Positions 26,901 through 40,700 of a stretch of 64,000 nt of DNA are shown here, in pieces. The first letter of the stretch is position 1. The number at the start of each line of letters is the position of its first letter. The stretch covers positions 1,051,836 through 1,115,835 of the forward strand of contig NW_002060949.1 in NCBI RefSeq assembly GCF_000150275.1, given 5' to 3'. The notes under the pieces are model-generated. The model was not told the origin of the DNA. It saw only the letters and a list, made by a program, of their open reading frames with translations, and searched no databases. The translations under genes were made by a program, and so were the position numbers. Source of the stretch: Trichoplax adhaerens. Its lineage: Eukaryota > Animalia > Placozoa.

Positions 26901-29873
26901 GGTAAATTATCTAAACATAAATAAAAATTTGAACAGATACTACAAGCTTTTAATCTGTTCTTGAATTGTTATTATTTTAAAACGATAGCAAAATAACTAG
27001 ATACGCGCATACTTACATAACTGATATAGTCAAATTTATTAAAGGTCTCCAAATCGGTTTGATAAAGGATAGAACTTTCGTCATAACTAAAATAATTTGC
27101 TAAAAATTTACAATCAATCATATAGAAGTTGTTACGCCTTTTCGCATTCAATATCAGGTAAATTTACTTATAATTTCCTTTATATCACTATAACTTACGG
27201 AGAAGAAAGTCGCAAGCTTTATCTTTTAGGTATGATAGCTCCTGCCTATACGGAATAAAAGAGTTTGTATTATGCGTTTAAAAAGCTTAAAACAGGCAAA
27301 AAACGGATATGTTTACAAAAAAACGAATATATTTACAAAAAACTAATGGTTCTTTGCCGGCCATGATGATCGATTACATTTTCTGTCCATATCTTGGCCT
27401 TAGTCAGTTGATAGATTCCATTTATTTCTTTAAATTCAAACCGACCACTAGCTGATTCAGTTATCTGTCAACGATCAAGTACAAGAGTCGAAAAAATATC
27501 ATAACGCTGTAAATCAGTGTAATTTACGTTCTTAATCGTAGAATCTTCCGTTTGATTTACCTGAGGTACTCCTTTAGAACTAGAGTAAGCCTTTGAAGGA
27601 TAAAGCGGTCGATTGCTACAGCGTAAACCAGTATTTATTTTATCGTAACAATTGTTCATAACACGGCATGGATAATAAGTAACATGGCATCTTCCCCTGA
27701 TACAAGCCTATCAAATGAATTATCATTTAATTTGCTACCTTATAATGATAGTATGTTTAATGTTTAAATTTTAATAATGAATTATACTATTACTGTAATA
27801 AGCAATGCAGCTATTCTACAAATTGAAATAATAAAATTCAAGGGAAGACAATACAATGTGAATCACATTTCCATCGCTTCATAAAGACTAACTATTGCTT
27901 ACCTCGACCACAGTTACACCCTTCTCAGGATTGCTCTTGATGATACTGTTATTAAATTGTAATAATTCAATAGCTCCACGTTTAAGATTTGTGGAGTAAT
28001 TAATGTCATCTGGGTGAAAATAAAGCCTTTCGCTGATTCCATTTCTATTTTCAATCATCATTGAATAATTAAGCGAAGTGGAAAATTGCTTTATTCGGTC
28101 TGAAGAAGTACTTAAATATTTGTACAGCATCTGTACTGCCGGTTGCACCTTTAAAGTAGTTCAAACAGGGCAAGTTAATATTCGACCATAATACAATATA
28201 TCTCAACAAGTTATTCCAAGTTATAAAAAGAACAGATAGTCTTTCGTTAAAATAATTTTGGTCTAGAATTATTTTGCAACATGGTTTATTTAACAATGTA
28301 TAAATTAATAGTAGAGTACTATTAAGTAAGTATACTCTTAAATCCCATTTCTATCACAACCTTAACAGGTCATGGTAATTCACGTAATGCTTATAGTAAT
28401 ACATGATACCACAAGACAGATCATCGATAAACTTTCGTAAAAGTGTAAAGTTAATTTAACTTTGTTATAAGCTTGAATATCCCAGTACGAAAATAAATAA
28501 TTTACAAGTCACGATATAAGAATTATTTGCATAGAATGCCAAATCCACCGCATTGCGAATAGTTAACCACTGAAATTTATGGATGAAATTATATATAATC
28601 GTATATACAGTACTGTGAATTTATCAAATATATGCAGCCCGTCATTTTATATCAAGGATGTCTACAATATGCAATAACTCTAAAATAAATTCTATACATA
28701 ATTTATAGTATATGATATCAAGGATTTATCATTCCTTTTCTATAATATCATAATTACTACGGTTGAATTTATTGATGTTAATACGCATAAGCATAGTTGA
28801 ATGTAGATTAATAATTGATATCGTCTTAGTGACACTTTTACTACCGTTGTAAGAAAGATAATTATTACAGTATTGCATTTTACATGCGTATATTAACAGC
28901 AAAGTAAATATTATAAGTAATTTTTCATGAAATTCTATCTTATATAAAAATTAAAAGTATACTAAAATTAAATTTCTCATAATCTGATTTTTAGTAATAG
29001 ATGGTTAACTTTTCGTTATAAGCCTTTGTTTTACCTGAAAATAAATATTGTTGTCGTCCATCTTTTTCTGATGAATATGAAAAAGAAACTCGATACCTCC
29101 CTCATTTCCGACACTGTTGCTGAGAACTAGGTCGTAGCGAAACTTTTGACATGGATGCGGCGAGGTATCTAAAATACCGTATTGGATGCAAAATTTTAAG
29201 GTATGTATGAACCTGAATCGAGATTATTTCTTGATTTATGTAATATGCAAAAGTAAACGACTAGATTCTAGATCAGTTAGGTGCAGTATCTAATTCATAT
29301 ATAGTACTTTTATATGCATACATTATCAAAAGTAATATTATTGATAAATTATAGAACATGCTATAAGGTAGAGCCCAATACTAAAGTCATCTTTTGCCTT
29401 TGTGCTCCTTTATTTTTAAGTACCAGATGGAAGAAAATTTTATATACTGCAACTACTACGGTCATTAATTCATGCATGCAGAACCATACTATTATATAGA
29501 ATCTTATATTAATTTGCATGAAAATTATGCACTGAGCACGTTCCGGTTTATTTCTGATCAACTATTCTAATTACACTAGTACCGGTGTCTATTCTAGGAA
29601 TAATACAGTCAAATATGAGGTGTGCTATTACGAAATGAACAAATTTTAAAGTGTAAAGAAAAACTGACGTATAAAAATTTTCACATTCTACATTCACCAA
29701 AGTGTATCAATACACGGCTGAAATGACAGTAATAACAAAATAGATTGGCGTAATCTATTTAACCTAGCTCAGAATACCGTAAAGGCAGAAAGCTAATTCT
29801 ATCTTATCTCACCTATTAAAATAAGAGAACCCAAAATTTGGAAGAGAATTGCAATTATGGCTTTATTCTGCAT
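23978..29873 (-). pseudogene. Short vitellogenin/LLTP-like gene A (mini-Vg A). 15 exons, about 690 codons, one in-frame TAA (26277-26275). Exons 29873-29813, 29168-29035, 28148-27903, 27707-27561, 27464-27337, 27245-27199, 27099-27017, 26554-26453, 26328-26186, 26110-25948, ~25781-25669, 25273-24917, 24691-24521, 24268-24187, 24070-23978
   Basis: Signal peptide MQNKAIIAILFQILGSLILI. LLTP N-sheet-like motifs LYFHPDDINYSTNLKRGAIELLQ and VVEACIRGRCHVTY. Helical RDFFMGAIAA. Then LYHFNKEI (cf. LKYFGDEV), ATAPGFPLLL (cf. PTQIGLPLH) and a terminal C-x10-C. All intron phases are compatible with GT-AG ends. Confidence 0.75.
25183..25251 (-). repeat. 12-bp coding tandem repeat (NEEM)n, about 5.5 copies, in mini-Vg A
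   Basis: TTCTTCATTCAT repeated on +, encoding NKEINEEMNEEMNEEMNEEMNEEL on -. Confidence 0.9.
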
Positions 29874-30004
29874 ATTAAACCTGTTGCAAACCGTATCAGT
29901 GTTGTGGCATGAAGAAAATGTTTTGATCTGATCTGTGGCAGGTAGTTAAAATTTACACTCTCTTTATAATTTTCACCCTTTATACTTTTACTATTATGGC
30001 TTAC

Positions 30005-33000
30005 CAATGTAGATTACGAATCACAGTGATTTTAGCTTCCGGGCCTTTTATTAAGGCAACATCCTTCAAGAAACCAATTAATCTATTGTGTTTTAATTTT
30101 TGACGACTGGCCATAATTTTGAGATTATGTTAAAAATAGATACAATAAGCATTTTCTTATACATTCTGAGTTTTTTCAACAATATACAGTACATTCTTCG
30201 GTATGAAAAGTCAAGCCTTTGATCTAAATAAGTAATTACGAAGTACTTATACTGTATAACTACGACAATATCTATATAAATCACACATCTAATTTGCAAC
30301 GTCATTTCCAAATTCGAACAAACCGAGTTTTGAAATACCTATAAAAGTATATGATACTGAAAGATTCTCTCAGCGATAATAACACAGTATTTACTACTGA
30401 AGGTATATAGAATTTTTCCTCAAAAATGTACGTCATATTAGTCTATTGACCTACAATAGACCGTGCAAAATTACTCTAACTATTTTTAAATACGCCTAAT
30501 TAGATACAAATAGGAATGATATCTATAGATGGCTTGCCTTTATTTATTTTAAAACGATAAATATATTAATGGATAAGCAGCTACTTACTGGACTATAAAA
30601 GTTACAGCTAGTATACATATTCTTGGTCCGTTTAACTACTTCTAGAATCTGATCAATCTCTTACAATTTCTCAAAGGCCATAAATCAATACAGAAAATTC
30701 CAAACATTCCTCATCAGCTATATTCGGGTGTTGTCCCATTATGGATATCATCTAAATGAATTCAAATTAAAAATTAATAACATTTCCATAAACCGACCTG
30801 TCACTTGATTATAATTACTACAATAGACGATAATTCATTTAATCATTAAACTGTCAAAAATTGGCGCCAGAAAAAGTACCAGCTGTGTCGAAAAATGCAC
30901 TGTTTATATTTTTTTAGCTTATTTTATCGAGGATGCAACAATTTTAAACTTTGAAGACAATCAATTATTATGCTATTATGCAAAGAGGCTGTACGATATT
31001 TTGTATCTTTCTCAACCTTGAGGGAAGCACTTTGACCTTTGCTGACACTGAGAATCATGTCAACTTGCTGGGTGTACCGTTCGGTAAATCTCTTCTATTG
31101 AGATCGTTTTTCACGTAGTCTTTGGCCGTTATTAAAATTTCATTCAAATTATAATATGAGTCATTTCAAACTTCAAAAGTGCCGGAGTTCGTGCAATTAG
31201 TTGTAAAGATCACAAATAATCTACAGAAGATCATTTAACTCAGTAAACTACTTGTAAACTCCTTGTAGTCTAAATTATCAAATTAACAGCATTTGTGGGC
31301 GTAAGTAATGTACGGTATATACTGTACCATACGAGTTGTTTCACATTGCTGAAGTTCCTCCTATATATTGCTATTAGTTATGCAAGAGGGTAATTAGTAG
31401 GAAGATGATAATGTATTCTGGAGACTGTTGTATCCTCCTGATAGACCCTTTATAACTTAATAATAATTTTATCCTATCATCTCTATCTTAATACGCAATT
31501 GATTCTTTGTTCAGATGTAACGTTTGTCGAGAAAAATTTACACCCGGATAATTATTTATCGTCAAAGTGAATTTTCGATAAGCATTTATTTGCAAAGTAT
31601 ATTTACATTTCTACTATTAATGCCCTTGCCGTATAACCTGCATTTTAGGAGGTAGTTTACCTGTAAAATTGACAACAATAGTTGCCATTAACTCGTTATT
31701 CAACGTGTAGTCCGTAATTTAATTAATTTGTATTGCTAAGCGATAATGTAATACACGATGTATAAGCATGAGGCAATTGTTATGACAGACTAATTGTATT
31801 CAGAGATCATTGCTGAAAGCATAAAAATTCAATTTTATTATGTAATGTTATTCAAGTGTAGTCGCCTGTAATTAGAATTGTATACAGTTGTATACTATAT
31901 AATTTTTTTAACTGCTGATACAAGCTGTAAGTACTGTACAAGTATTGATGAATATCACTATAGCTAATCGATATAAAATCTCTCCGTCACATGCAATTTT
32001 AGAACGTACCTTGAACTGCATATTTTACTTTTCCTTAAGAGCGCATTGTATTCTTTCAATTAAGTCACAGCATATTTGCTTGAAATATCCGATTTTACTT
32101 TCACTTTGGTAAAAATTTTATCTATAAGTTTGTTTATAAATTATTTTATATTATATAATTGATATTAGACGCACCTTGGATGCTAGTTATAATACTATAT
32201 CTGACTTTAAAAATTTCTCATTAGGAAATAAATTTGTCAGATAGTCCCATGATATACAAAACTAAGAGAGCTTTCTATTAAATAAACTCTCAAGTAAGCA
32301 TAGACTTATCCACTTATTTTATTTTATTTTACAATCTTAATTTCATTCAGCCGAAAATATAAATTAGGCACCATAAAAATCCCATTAAACTTAATTTGTT
32401 ATCGTGAGATTGCACGTAATATTTCCTATTATTGTGATTCATCTCTCCCATTTATTCATTGGAACCATTGAATACGGCACGGCACACCTATTGCTATTTC
32501 GATTATTTCACATTTCTTATGCAACGTCAATTCCCATGTTTTTCTCTAAACGATTCTCCACCTCACCATGGCACAGAGTTAAGATTAATATTACATTAGC
32601 AATAGTTTAAAATATCAGGCATACTCTGGATTACTTTATGAGCCTCCAATATTTAGTATACTGTATAATAGAGTGACGATCATAAATTAATACCAGTATA
32701 GGGATAAGAATCATTAATTATATATTTTGAATTTATTAATTATTAATTACAGATAGTGATCATGCGATATATCGTATGATACTCATCATTAGCCTTAACT
32801 ACGTCATGAGATCCTAAATAGAGAGATTTGATAAATTTTATTTATTTGTGACAGTATTTATACATTTCTACATAATAAATATCATCATATGCATTTATTC
32901 TTGCTATGAATTTCTATTTATATCTGGTATCAAATAACAGGGCACATTAATCATAATAACTTTAACTGGATATGTTGTCGTGTAACATATTCGTAATTTA

Positions 33001-35330
33001 AGTAGTTTTTAAAATTGGCTTCTATTATAATTTATTTATTGCATCATCTTGAAAAACTGATTGATTAGTTTAACTATCATTTCTTACACATAGTAAAGCA
33101 AAGATAGTCGAGGAAGAAATTCTAACATTAATCTTTGTATTGTTGTTGTCACGTAAGCTAATGTGCCCACTCTGCATTTTAGAATATTCGATATACTGTA
33201 GATCTAGTAGCTTTAAATCGAAAGTAAATCTTACTCCTGTTAATTTCAGGGTAATTCCGCACTAGTCAATTTCATGCATAAGTTTACATATTGATGTTCA
33301 AATGCGAATTTCATTCTTGATAGACCAAGAATCAATTTAAAAATATAAGGGCTTTGCATTTCATATGAGGTCATAGTTTTGTAAAATGAGAATCGGCTGT
33401 GAAGAAATGGAACAAATTGATAATTGTGTTAGGATAAAAATAAAAAGTAAATTCAGCAATTAATAGATTTTAGTATTTTGGATATAGAACACGTGGCCAA
33501 GTATGACCAGTATCTATTAAAGCCAGAAATGGGAAAGAAATAAATGTACTATGATATTTTACGTACAGTCCAGTATTTTTCGCCTTCATTTTATTAGCAA
33601 TAAGCATCATCAGAACTTTGAAAATTATATTGAATATGCCAGTAAATTCTTACCTATCTTGTCCTAAACAATGCTTTAATAATTACCATTTCCTAATCGC
33701 TTTGATTTAGTTAAGCTCTGAAGTATAGCGTATTTATCTTTCCGATCATCAATGATGTGTGTAGTAAAATTCAAAGATAAATTTATTCCGCCTCATACAA
33801 ATATTAACATTTATGAACTAAATGCCACTTTTACCTTTGCAGTTTACACCATAACTTTGTATTAATTTGGCTTGAATAACAAAAGTGTTGTTTACTCCTA
33901 CGGCCGCCAATAATAGCCTTAAACAATTTTGCCAGATCAGCAAAATTTTACTTTTGTCAGTTGTGACTGCTAATATTTAGCATTGAATTTAATTTTGTAT
34001 GGATAATTTGATTCCTATGAAATATGCTATTGAACGTGCATTCATTTTACTTGAGCTGTAGAAGTTCACTCCCACTTCTACTGACAATAATCATTTAAAT
34101 TCATTTTACCCAAACAATAAAATTTTTTCGGCATATTTATAGCCACTAACAGTCACAAAAATAATTTTGAATTAGAGATGCCTGAGAAGTCAGTTATATG
34201 ATGACTTAAGTCTGCCATGCTGTAGAAGTAATTTTAAACTAAATAGCCTCTATTTACCTTAGAAGTAATTTCTTTTCTAAAACTGTGAATAATTATGTCG
34301 TAACTGTCAATTTTCCCATTTATAGTCCATCATAAACGATATAATCATTATTATACATCAAGGCTGATTAATCTTTGCTATGTCAAATTATGATGGAATA
34401 AATCATAATACATTACACGTGAGAATATAGTACATTATATAAGGACTTTAAACGGGACTTGATTAGTTATAACAACTTTCAATAAAACTTTATTAAAACA
34501 ATGTTGCCTTCTATTGTTATTAATAGTCATCAAGAAGTGACGTGGCATTAAATCAATTTTGCTTCGTAAGCTTAAGCTTTTAATTAAAAATGTTAACAAC
34601 AGCTTTGAATCAATTTCACGTTAGAAATTATGCTTTACTTGGATGATTGCAAATAACACCGACAATAACTTAGGATCCAACTTGCTGTAACGGTTTTAGT
34701 CAATGACGTATACCGCCACACTGCAAAAGCAAATTTTACCTCTGTTGGCAGTAACAATAATAGTAATTTGGAATTAGCATTGTTTTAGAATTCTATGGCG
34801 GACCACACCGATCAATTATCACAACGAATAGATTTTGTTGCATAAGCAAATTCTACCTTTACGATGTTATTGTTAGCTGTTTTATTAAGTTAATTTTTTG
34901 CTTTAAAAGTCAAAGCGTCTGTTCATGGCCGCCTGTACTAATAAACTGTGAACAGCCTTTATTAATTCTGCGTAAAGGTAATTTATATCTGCATTTACCA
35001 CTTTTACGATGGAACAGTCTTGACTTGGAAGGTAACCTCTAATAAAAAATAAACGCAACATGAAAAATAGTCTATGTGAAACGATGAGATTGTGCACTAG
35101 TATACACCGTACCGTGCCACTAAAGTAATGCTAATGAAGACTTTACGCGCTAATGCTTCATAATCCTGTCTATTTAAATTGCTAAGGCATCACCTGTTGT
35201 CTTTGATTACTTCCATTATGCATCTACGTCTAAGAATCGTAAAACATTTGCTAATTTTAGTTTTGACATTGAGGAAAAATGCATCCCGCTGATGATGAAC
35301 TGAGGGAAAAAAATGGAATCCAAATAAATA
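30005..35330 (-). pseudogene. Possible heavily decayed LLTP-like copy (exon-like blocks with stops)
   Basis: AG...GT-bounded blocks contain stops. They include ISGMHFSSMSKLKLANVLR (~35300; F-x9-N-x2-R as in YFHPDDINYSTNLKR), RLLLAAVGVNNTFVIQAKL (~33900; cf. RDFFMGAIAARSSSVILQKL) and FCISWDYL (~32250; cf. CISTYDIL / CKVAYDYL), in colinear order. Confidence 0.35.
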
Positions 35331-36766
35331 GATAATGTATTATTGGTTAAAGTATAAGAATTGGAAATATTACGTATACAGTAAGTGTAAAAATAGAACT
35401 CTAGAATGATATCATTGATAGCAACAAGTAAACACCGAGAACTTATCATTTTTGCTATTTTTTATTCTCTTAATAAGCTATTATATAATAGCAGATGAAT
35501 TTGTTGAACAATAAACTAAAAATAGGCAAAATTCCAAGGAAACAGATTGTATTTGATGGTAAAGAAACATCTAGTTATGCCAATTTAGCCTGTATGACAC
35601 AATAACAATCTTCATTAGGACAGTGGGACTGAGCTTAAGCCAGGAGTATAGCGAAAATGAATACAACAACTCATTCATAATCTACAATGCACAATTGTTA
35701 GTCGGAATTCGAGGGTCTACGTGGATAGTAAAGGCAATCAAATGCATTACGCCGATAATAAGCCGATAATAAGTCGATAACAAGATCAATTCATGATATA
35801 ACAACGATCTACTTGAGTACGGCAAAGACGTAAAAGCGTAGAAAGCCTGCTGCTTAATCATTTTCGGTTAATACCGCCATAACAGAATACAATAGGATGC
35901 TAATTCGTGAAACAATTAGCGAGATTGACAGAACCATCAAGAAATACATAATCCCACATTTGACCATAAAAAACATCAGGACAAAGCCATGCAAAGACTG
36001 ATGATGCAATTTAGATCAAGCTTATTATTATACTATGTATTGTACTTGTAAGAATAGCGAATAGAAAAAAATCACCGCCAATTACGACGCCGTGATGATC
36101 AATAGCTGATTTTGCTGAGTAAGCATTAAATAGTTAGAATAGTTTTCCCGCAAACATTTGTATCACAGTCAATACACGATTTTAAACTTTAATATGTGAA
36201 ATTATCAATCCTTGGATGCTCTCTCTATTACATCTTGGCTAATGTATTGTATCTCTGTATATATACATTGACCAGTAACATTGGTTAAAGTATGCAATGA
36301 TATACTCTTGCACAGTTCTGCTGATGATTTACCTACTCGTATCGCTCTGAATACTCTAGATTCTGGCTGTCTTCTTAAATTCTTTAACTTATCAGGCTAT
36401 TGCTACTTCCTTGAGCCTAATGTATTGCACTCTCAGTAGTAAAATCTAAAATTTATTTTATATGCTGACAGTAGGTGAGCATGAAGCAGATTAAAAATGC
36501 TGATATCTTCAAAAGAAGTCACTCGTAAATCAGTGCTCTTCTTTTCCTGAAGTATATCTGCCGCAGATACACGTACATATTAAAATCACGATTGCTAGAA
36601 AAGAAGGCCACTACAAATAGACTACCAGAAAAAGACTATTCTCTATTAGTCTATATTAACACTTATATGACAAAATAGTATGCGAATACAAGAGAATCCA
36701 AGAAATTATACAATCTACTCGTATACTCGCACAATTGCTACTATATTTGTATATAGACAAAATAAT

Positions 36767-36830
36767 TACCTATTTGTTATCAACCCCGTAATGAATAATT
36801 ACACATTGCAGGGTTGATAATAAAGAGGTA
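36767..36830. other. Imperfect inverted repeat / hairpin (~27-bp stem, 10-nt loop)
   Basis: TACCTATTTGTTATCAACCCCGTAATG-AATAATTACA-CATTGCAGGGTTGATAATAAAGAGGTA, with 2 G-U pairs and 2 mismatches on +. Confidence 0.7.
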
Positions 36831-37180
36831 CTAATAGGATTAGCAAGACCGTAATATCCTAAGTAATAGACAGGAATTTCAATTCAGCAAAGTTCACTCT
36901 TTTGACTGCCGGTACTTTTCGACGAAAAGCCAAGAAGCAATTTCTTGCTAAAATTACGACTATCGTGGCTATCAATATCGCCATTTATTACTTGATTCTT
37001 TCAATACTAAATCATGATAAATCACTACATGAATAGTCAGTCGTTAATTTAATTTCATTGCGGTAATTATTGTTTGTATGGGCACACCTACATCCCTATA
37101 CAGGTCTGTCAAGATCTACAGTTGTGCCGAGATTTCATCAAAATCATTACAACTTCTATCTGTAATGTCTAAGCTTTTAT

Positions 37181-37317
37181 TAAACAACGATTTAACTAGT
37201 ACAATCTTAATGATAGCTTATTATTAAATAGTTCCTACCACGCTAACTTAAACAACAATTTATCTAGTACAATCTTAATGGTAGCTTATTATTAAATAGT
37301 TCCTACGGCGCTAACTT
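37181..37317. repeat. Tandem duplication of ~68 bp
   Basis: CTAGTACAATCTTAATG(A/G)TAGCTTATTATTAAATAGTTCCTAC..CGCTAACTT occurs twice in tandem. Confidence 0.9.
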
Positions 37318-37734
37318 CCTATTCCACTAAGCAGTGAATGTGAATACCTGGTAGTAATTACTGCGGACACGTACAGGTTTATGCAATAAAGATTATTAAT
37401 TAACAACCTACACCTAAAATCCTAATGTTAATTATAAGGTATCTTTTTCCTTGAAGTATATTCTGTTATTACATAAAAATGGAAACAAATTCAATGTCAT
37501 AGTGATGTCAACTTGCAGCTATAGTAAGCAGTACTACCAATCACCTTAGATGCCATATTACCCCTACCTTGTAACATGTTAACTGATAAAATTAATATAT
37601 TGATTTAATTACCGGTCTCACCGCCTGTCCAAAAATAATAATTGATTTTACTACACTATTACTAAAAACAGTCGATTCTTAGAGAGCAAAATCTAACTTC
37701 TCTATTACTGTAAATATGATCAATAATTTAGATC

Positions 37735-40700
37735 TTATGGGTATTCCGCCGATTGAGGATTTTCTTTGGTGTTAAGAACGCATAGCTTCTCTCGCTTGGC
37801 TTCCAAGGTAATACAAATTCTCCTCTAGTGATTGTCATAAATTAAAAATGGGAATTGAATGACGTTGAGAATATATTAATCAGACTAAACTACCAGAGAT
37901 AACTTTGCAAGCCACGTGGCAATCTTAGAAATAGATATTTCGTCTACCTTAAGCTTAGCCTTGGTAGCTGGAGCAATCGGTTTCACTCGATGCACTTTCA
38001 AGTTACTCCCAATTACAAAGGAATAAATATCCCATCTACAATAATAAAATATCTTAATTAACTTTATCTTAATGCTATTTGTTGCTAACCTATCGCTGAT
38101 ACAAGGTCGTTACCAAAAAAGCATCCAATTTTTAAAGTTGAGACCTAAATCATCATTGGCATAGCATACCATCATTGCATTAACAATATCATCAAACTCA
38201 CTGTATATCGGATCCGAGAAAGACCAGATTAGAGCTTTTATGTCGGTTAAACTCCATACTGCCCGACTTGAACGGTAATATTTGTTGGAATTTCAGGTAC
38301 AAATGAAAAGAATTCTCCAAACCGTAGGCCAGTCTTACATCAACTGCCATGTACGTGTGTATCCGACAGTCCAGTCTATGATCAATTTTTCAAATTTAAT
38401 ATAAATTCCATACTTATCAGTTGTCCCTGTTATCAGCGTCCATTTTTGAATCGAAACCTTTTTATAGAACTGTCCGCTAACCCTTGAAACTAATCTCACA
38501 TTCTTAGCAATTATAATTACATGAAGAAAAGTTGATAACTTACAACGTTGTAACAACGAGTTTTTCTTCTTTTACGCGTATTTCGCCCTTTCTACTTATT
38601 ACCACATCACCTCTAGATACATGATAAACCCCTCCGCCTTTGAAAAGTTTGGAAATATCCGACTTTGATGCTAACTGCCTATATTCCATCATAGGCCCTT
38701 CCCCTATGATAGTTCGCTTCAACAATTCACGCGAATCATACCAATCCATCTCGAGGCAACCTGGGCAAAGTTTCTCACATTCTCTCACAACAGCATCTCT
38801 TCTATGGCTTTCACAGCCTTGCGAAGTTGTGCAATTTTTAAAGACCTCCAATTGTACAACTCTAAATAAGATTTTGAATATGGCGATAATATCATTAGTA
38901 TTATAAGTTTGTAGAGACTAAATAAGGATGTCTCATAAGGGAGAAGTACGGTACATAGAAATAGAAAGACAATGTGTTTAAAATTAGTATAGCATTATTC
39001 TATCATTGACTAGTAAATAATAAAATCCTCTACGATAGATATCTGTAAATATTTATGTACGCGTTATGTTTATTAGCTGAACCCACGCTAGTGCAGTACA
39101 TATCGCATCTAGTTAGAAAGATATGATATCCCCCTGTAGTACGATACTTACGTTGTCCTTAATTCATTTGATCTCTTTCGATCAAGGTAATCGTAGGCTA
39201 CTTTACAATTATAGCTAAAGCCATACTTTATTGCTCTCGAAGAGGCACAATATTTCTTCCAGTATTAAAAATTCATGTTTGATTAATTTATTTTACAAAT
39301 TAGCCACATTACCGTGTCATTAGTTCTTAAAACGAAAACAGATCACTTATAGCGGTTAAGTTTAGTTAGAAAATAGTTAATCTCTTACACTTAGGGCCGG
39401 AAAGTCACCCACGGTAAATTTCGAGCATTGCATTAGACCAAGTAGTAAAAATTTTCCCAAAAATTCTGGCAATGTTCCTTCATAGAGTTTGGCAAGGTAG
39501 GTCCTGAGAATCACTGGAGATTCACAGGATTGCTTAGCTAATGCAACACTTATGATCGCGATACCTCTAAAAGAGCATTTTTAATTATATACCATATATA
39601 ATAAGATATGGCCATATATTAATAGTTGTTTAACTCTACTATATAATTGAATTTATACTCCAATATTTATGGATAAACATCAAAAAGACATACCGTTTGA
39701 AACCGAAGAAAATTTTCTCAACGTCTGCTAATTGTGGTACAGTCAATGTATTAAAACTTTCAGTCATGTTGTTAACTTCGTTGCGAAACTTTCCTAATAT
39801 ATGCCTATCTTTTTGCCGGATTGTATTCTAATATATTAAATTAATAGAAAATCATTGAATACTGGATGATGTTCATGCAGATTAGATTTAATCTTCAAAG
39901 CAAATTCGAAACTGTCAGAATTCATTCTATATATTATAATGCATACGTTCTCTTCAGCAGAGTCTTGATCTTCGATCTTTTCATAAGATTTCATAATCGT
40001 CTAAAGGATTAAATTCAATTAGTACGATAATTTGTAAAGTTAATGCATTAATAACTATATGTATACTACAATGTCATATAATTTTATCAATTTCCGGATT
40101 GATTTACTGCGATAGGGTTTCAATTTAGAACGACTATATATGTGTATTAACTGCTATCATCAAAGTGGAGAATAATAAGAAGGAATAACAGTTAAGTTTG
40201 GATGTACTTTCTAAGATCTAGTGTGTAAATACCGTTAAAATACAGATGATGCTAAACGGCGTCATTGAAGTACCATGCTTGACTTCGATAATTTAAAAGC
40301 AAAACCTTAAACTCTTCCTACTTAGCGATGGAAGGCCTCATATCACTCTGAGTAAATTTATGCACTCTCAATAGTACAAATAATATCTAAAGATATAATG
40401 CTATACGGTGTGATTGAAGTAGCAAGCTTAACGTTGACAATTTAAAGTAAATTCTTAAGTACTCTCTTCTTAATTGAAATACTAGCTATGATTAAATTGA
40501 TACACTCTCAATACTACAAATAATATTGACTATGTAGTTGTTATCCATTATGATATTTAATATTCTTATTAATTCTATAATAGGCGAATTATGTACAAAA
40601 AAAGTCAGCTAATAAATTAATCTACCAATATAGCGATTTTTATCACATTATGAATTATACAGCAAACAATAACCGAACCTACATTGTCTATAATTTGGCT

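Noticed and set aside
39389-39430. Apparent frameshift in a mini-Vg B exon
   Set aside because: Re-reading gives an open frame (QCSKFTVGDFPALS) to a phase-0 donor.
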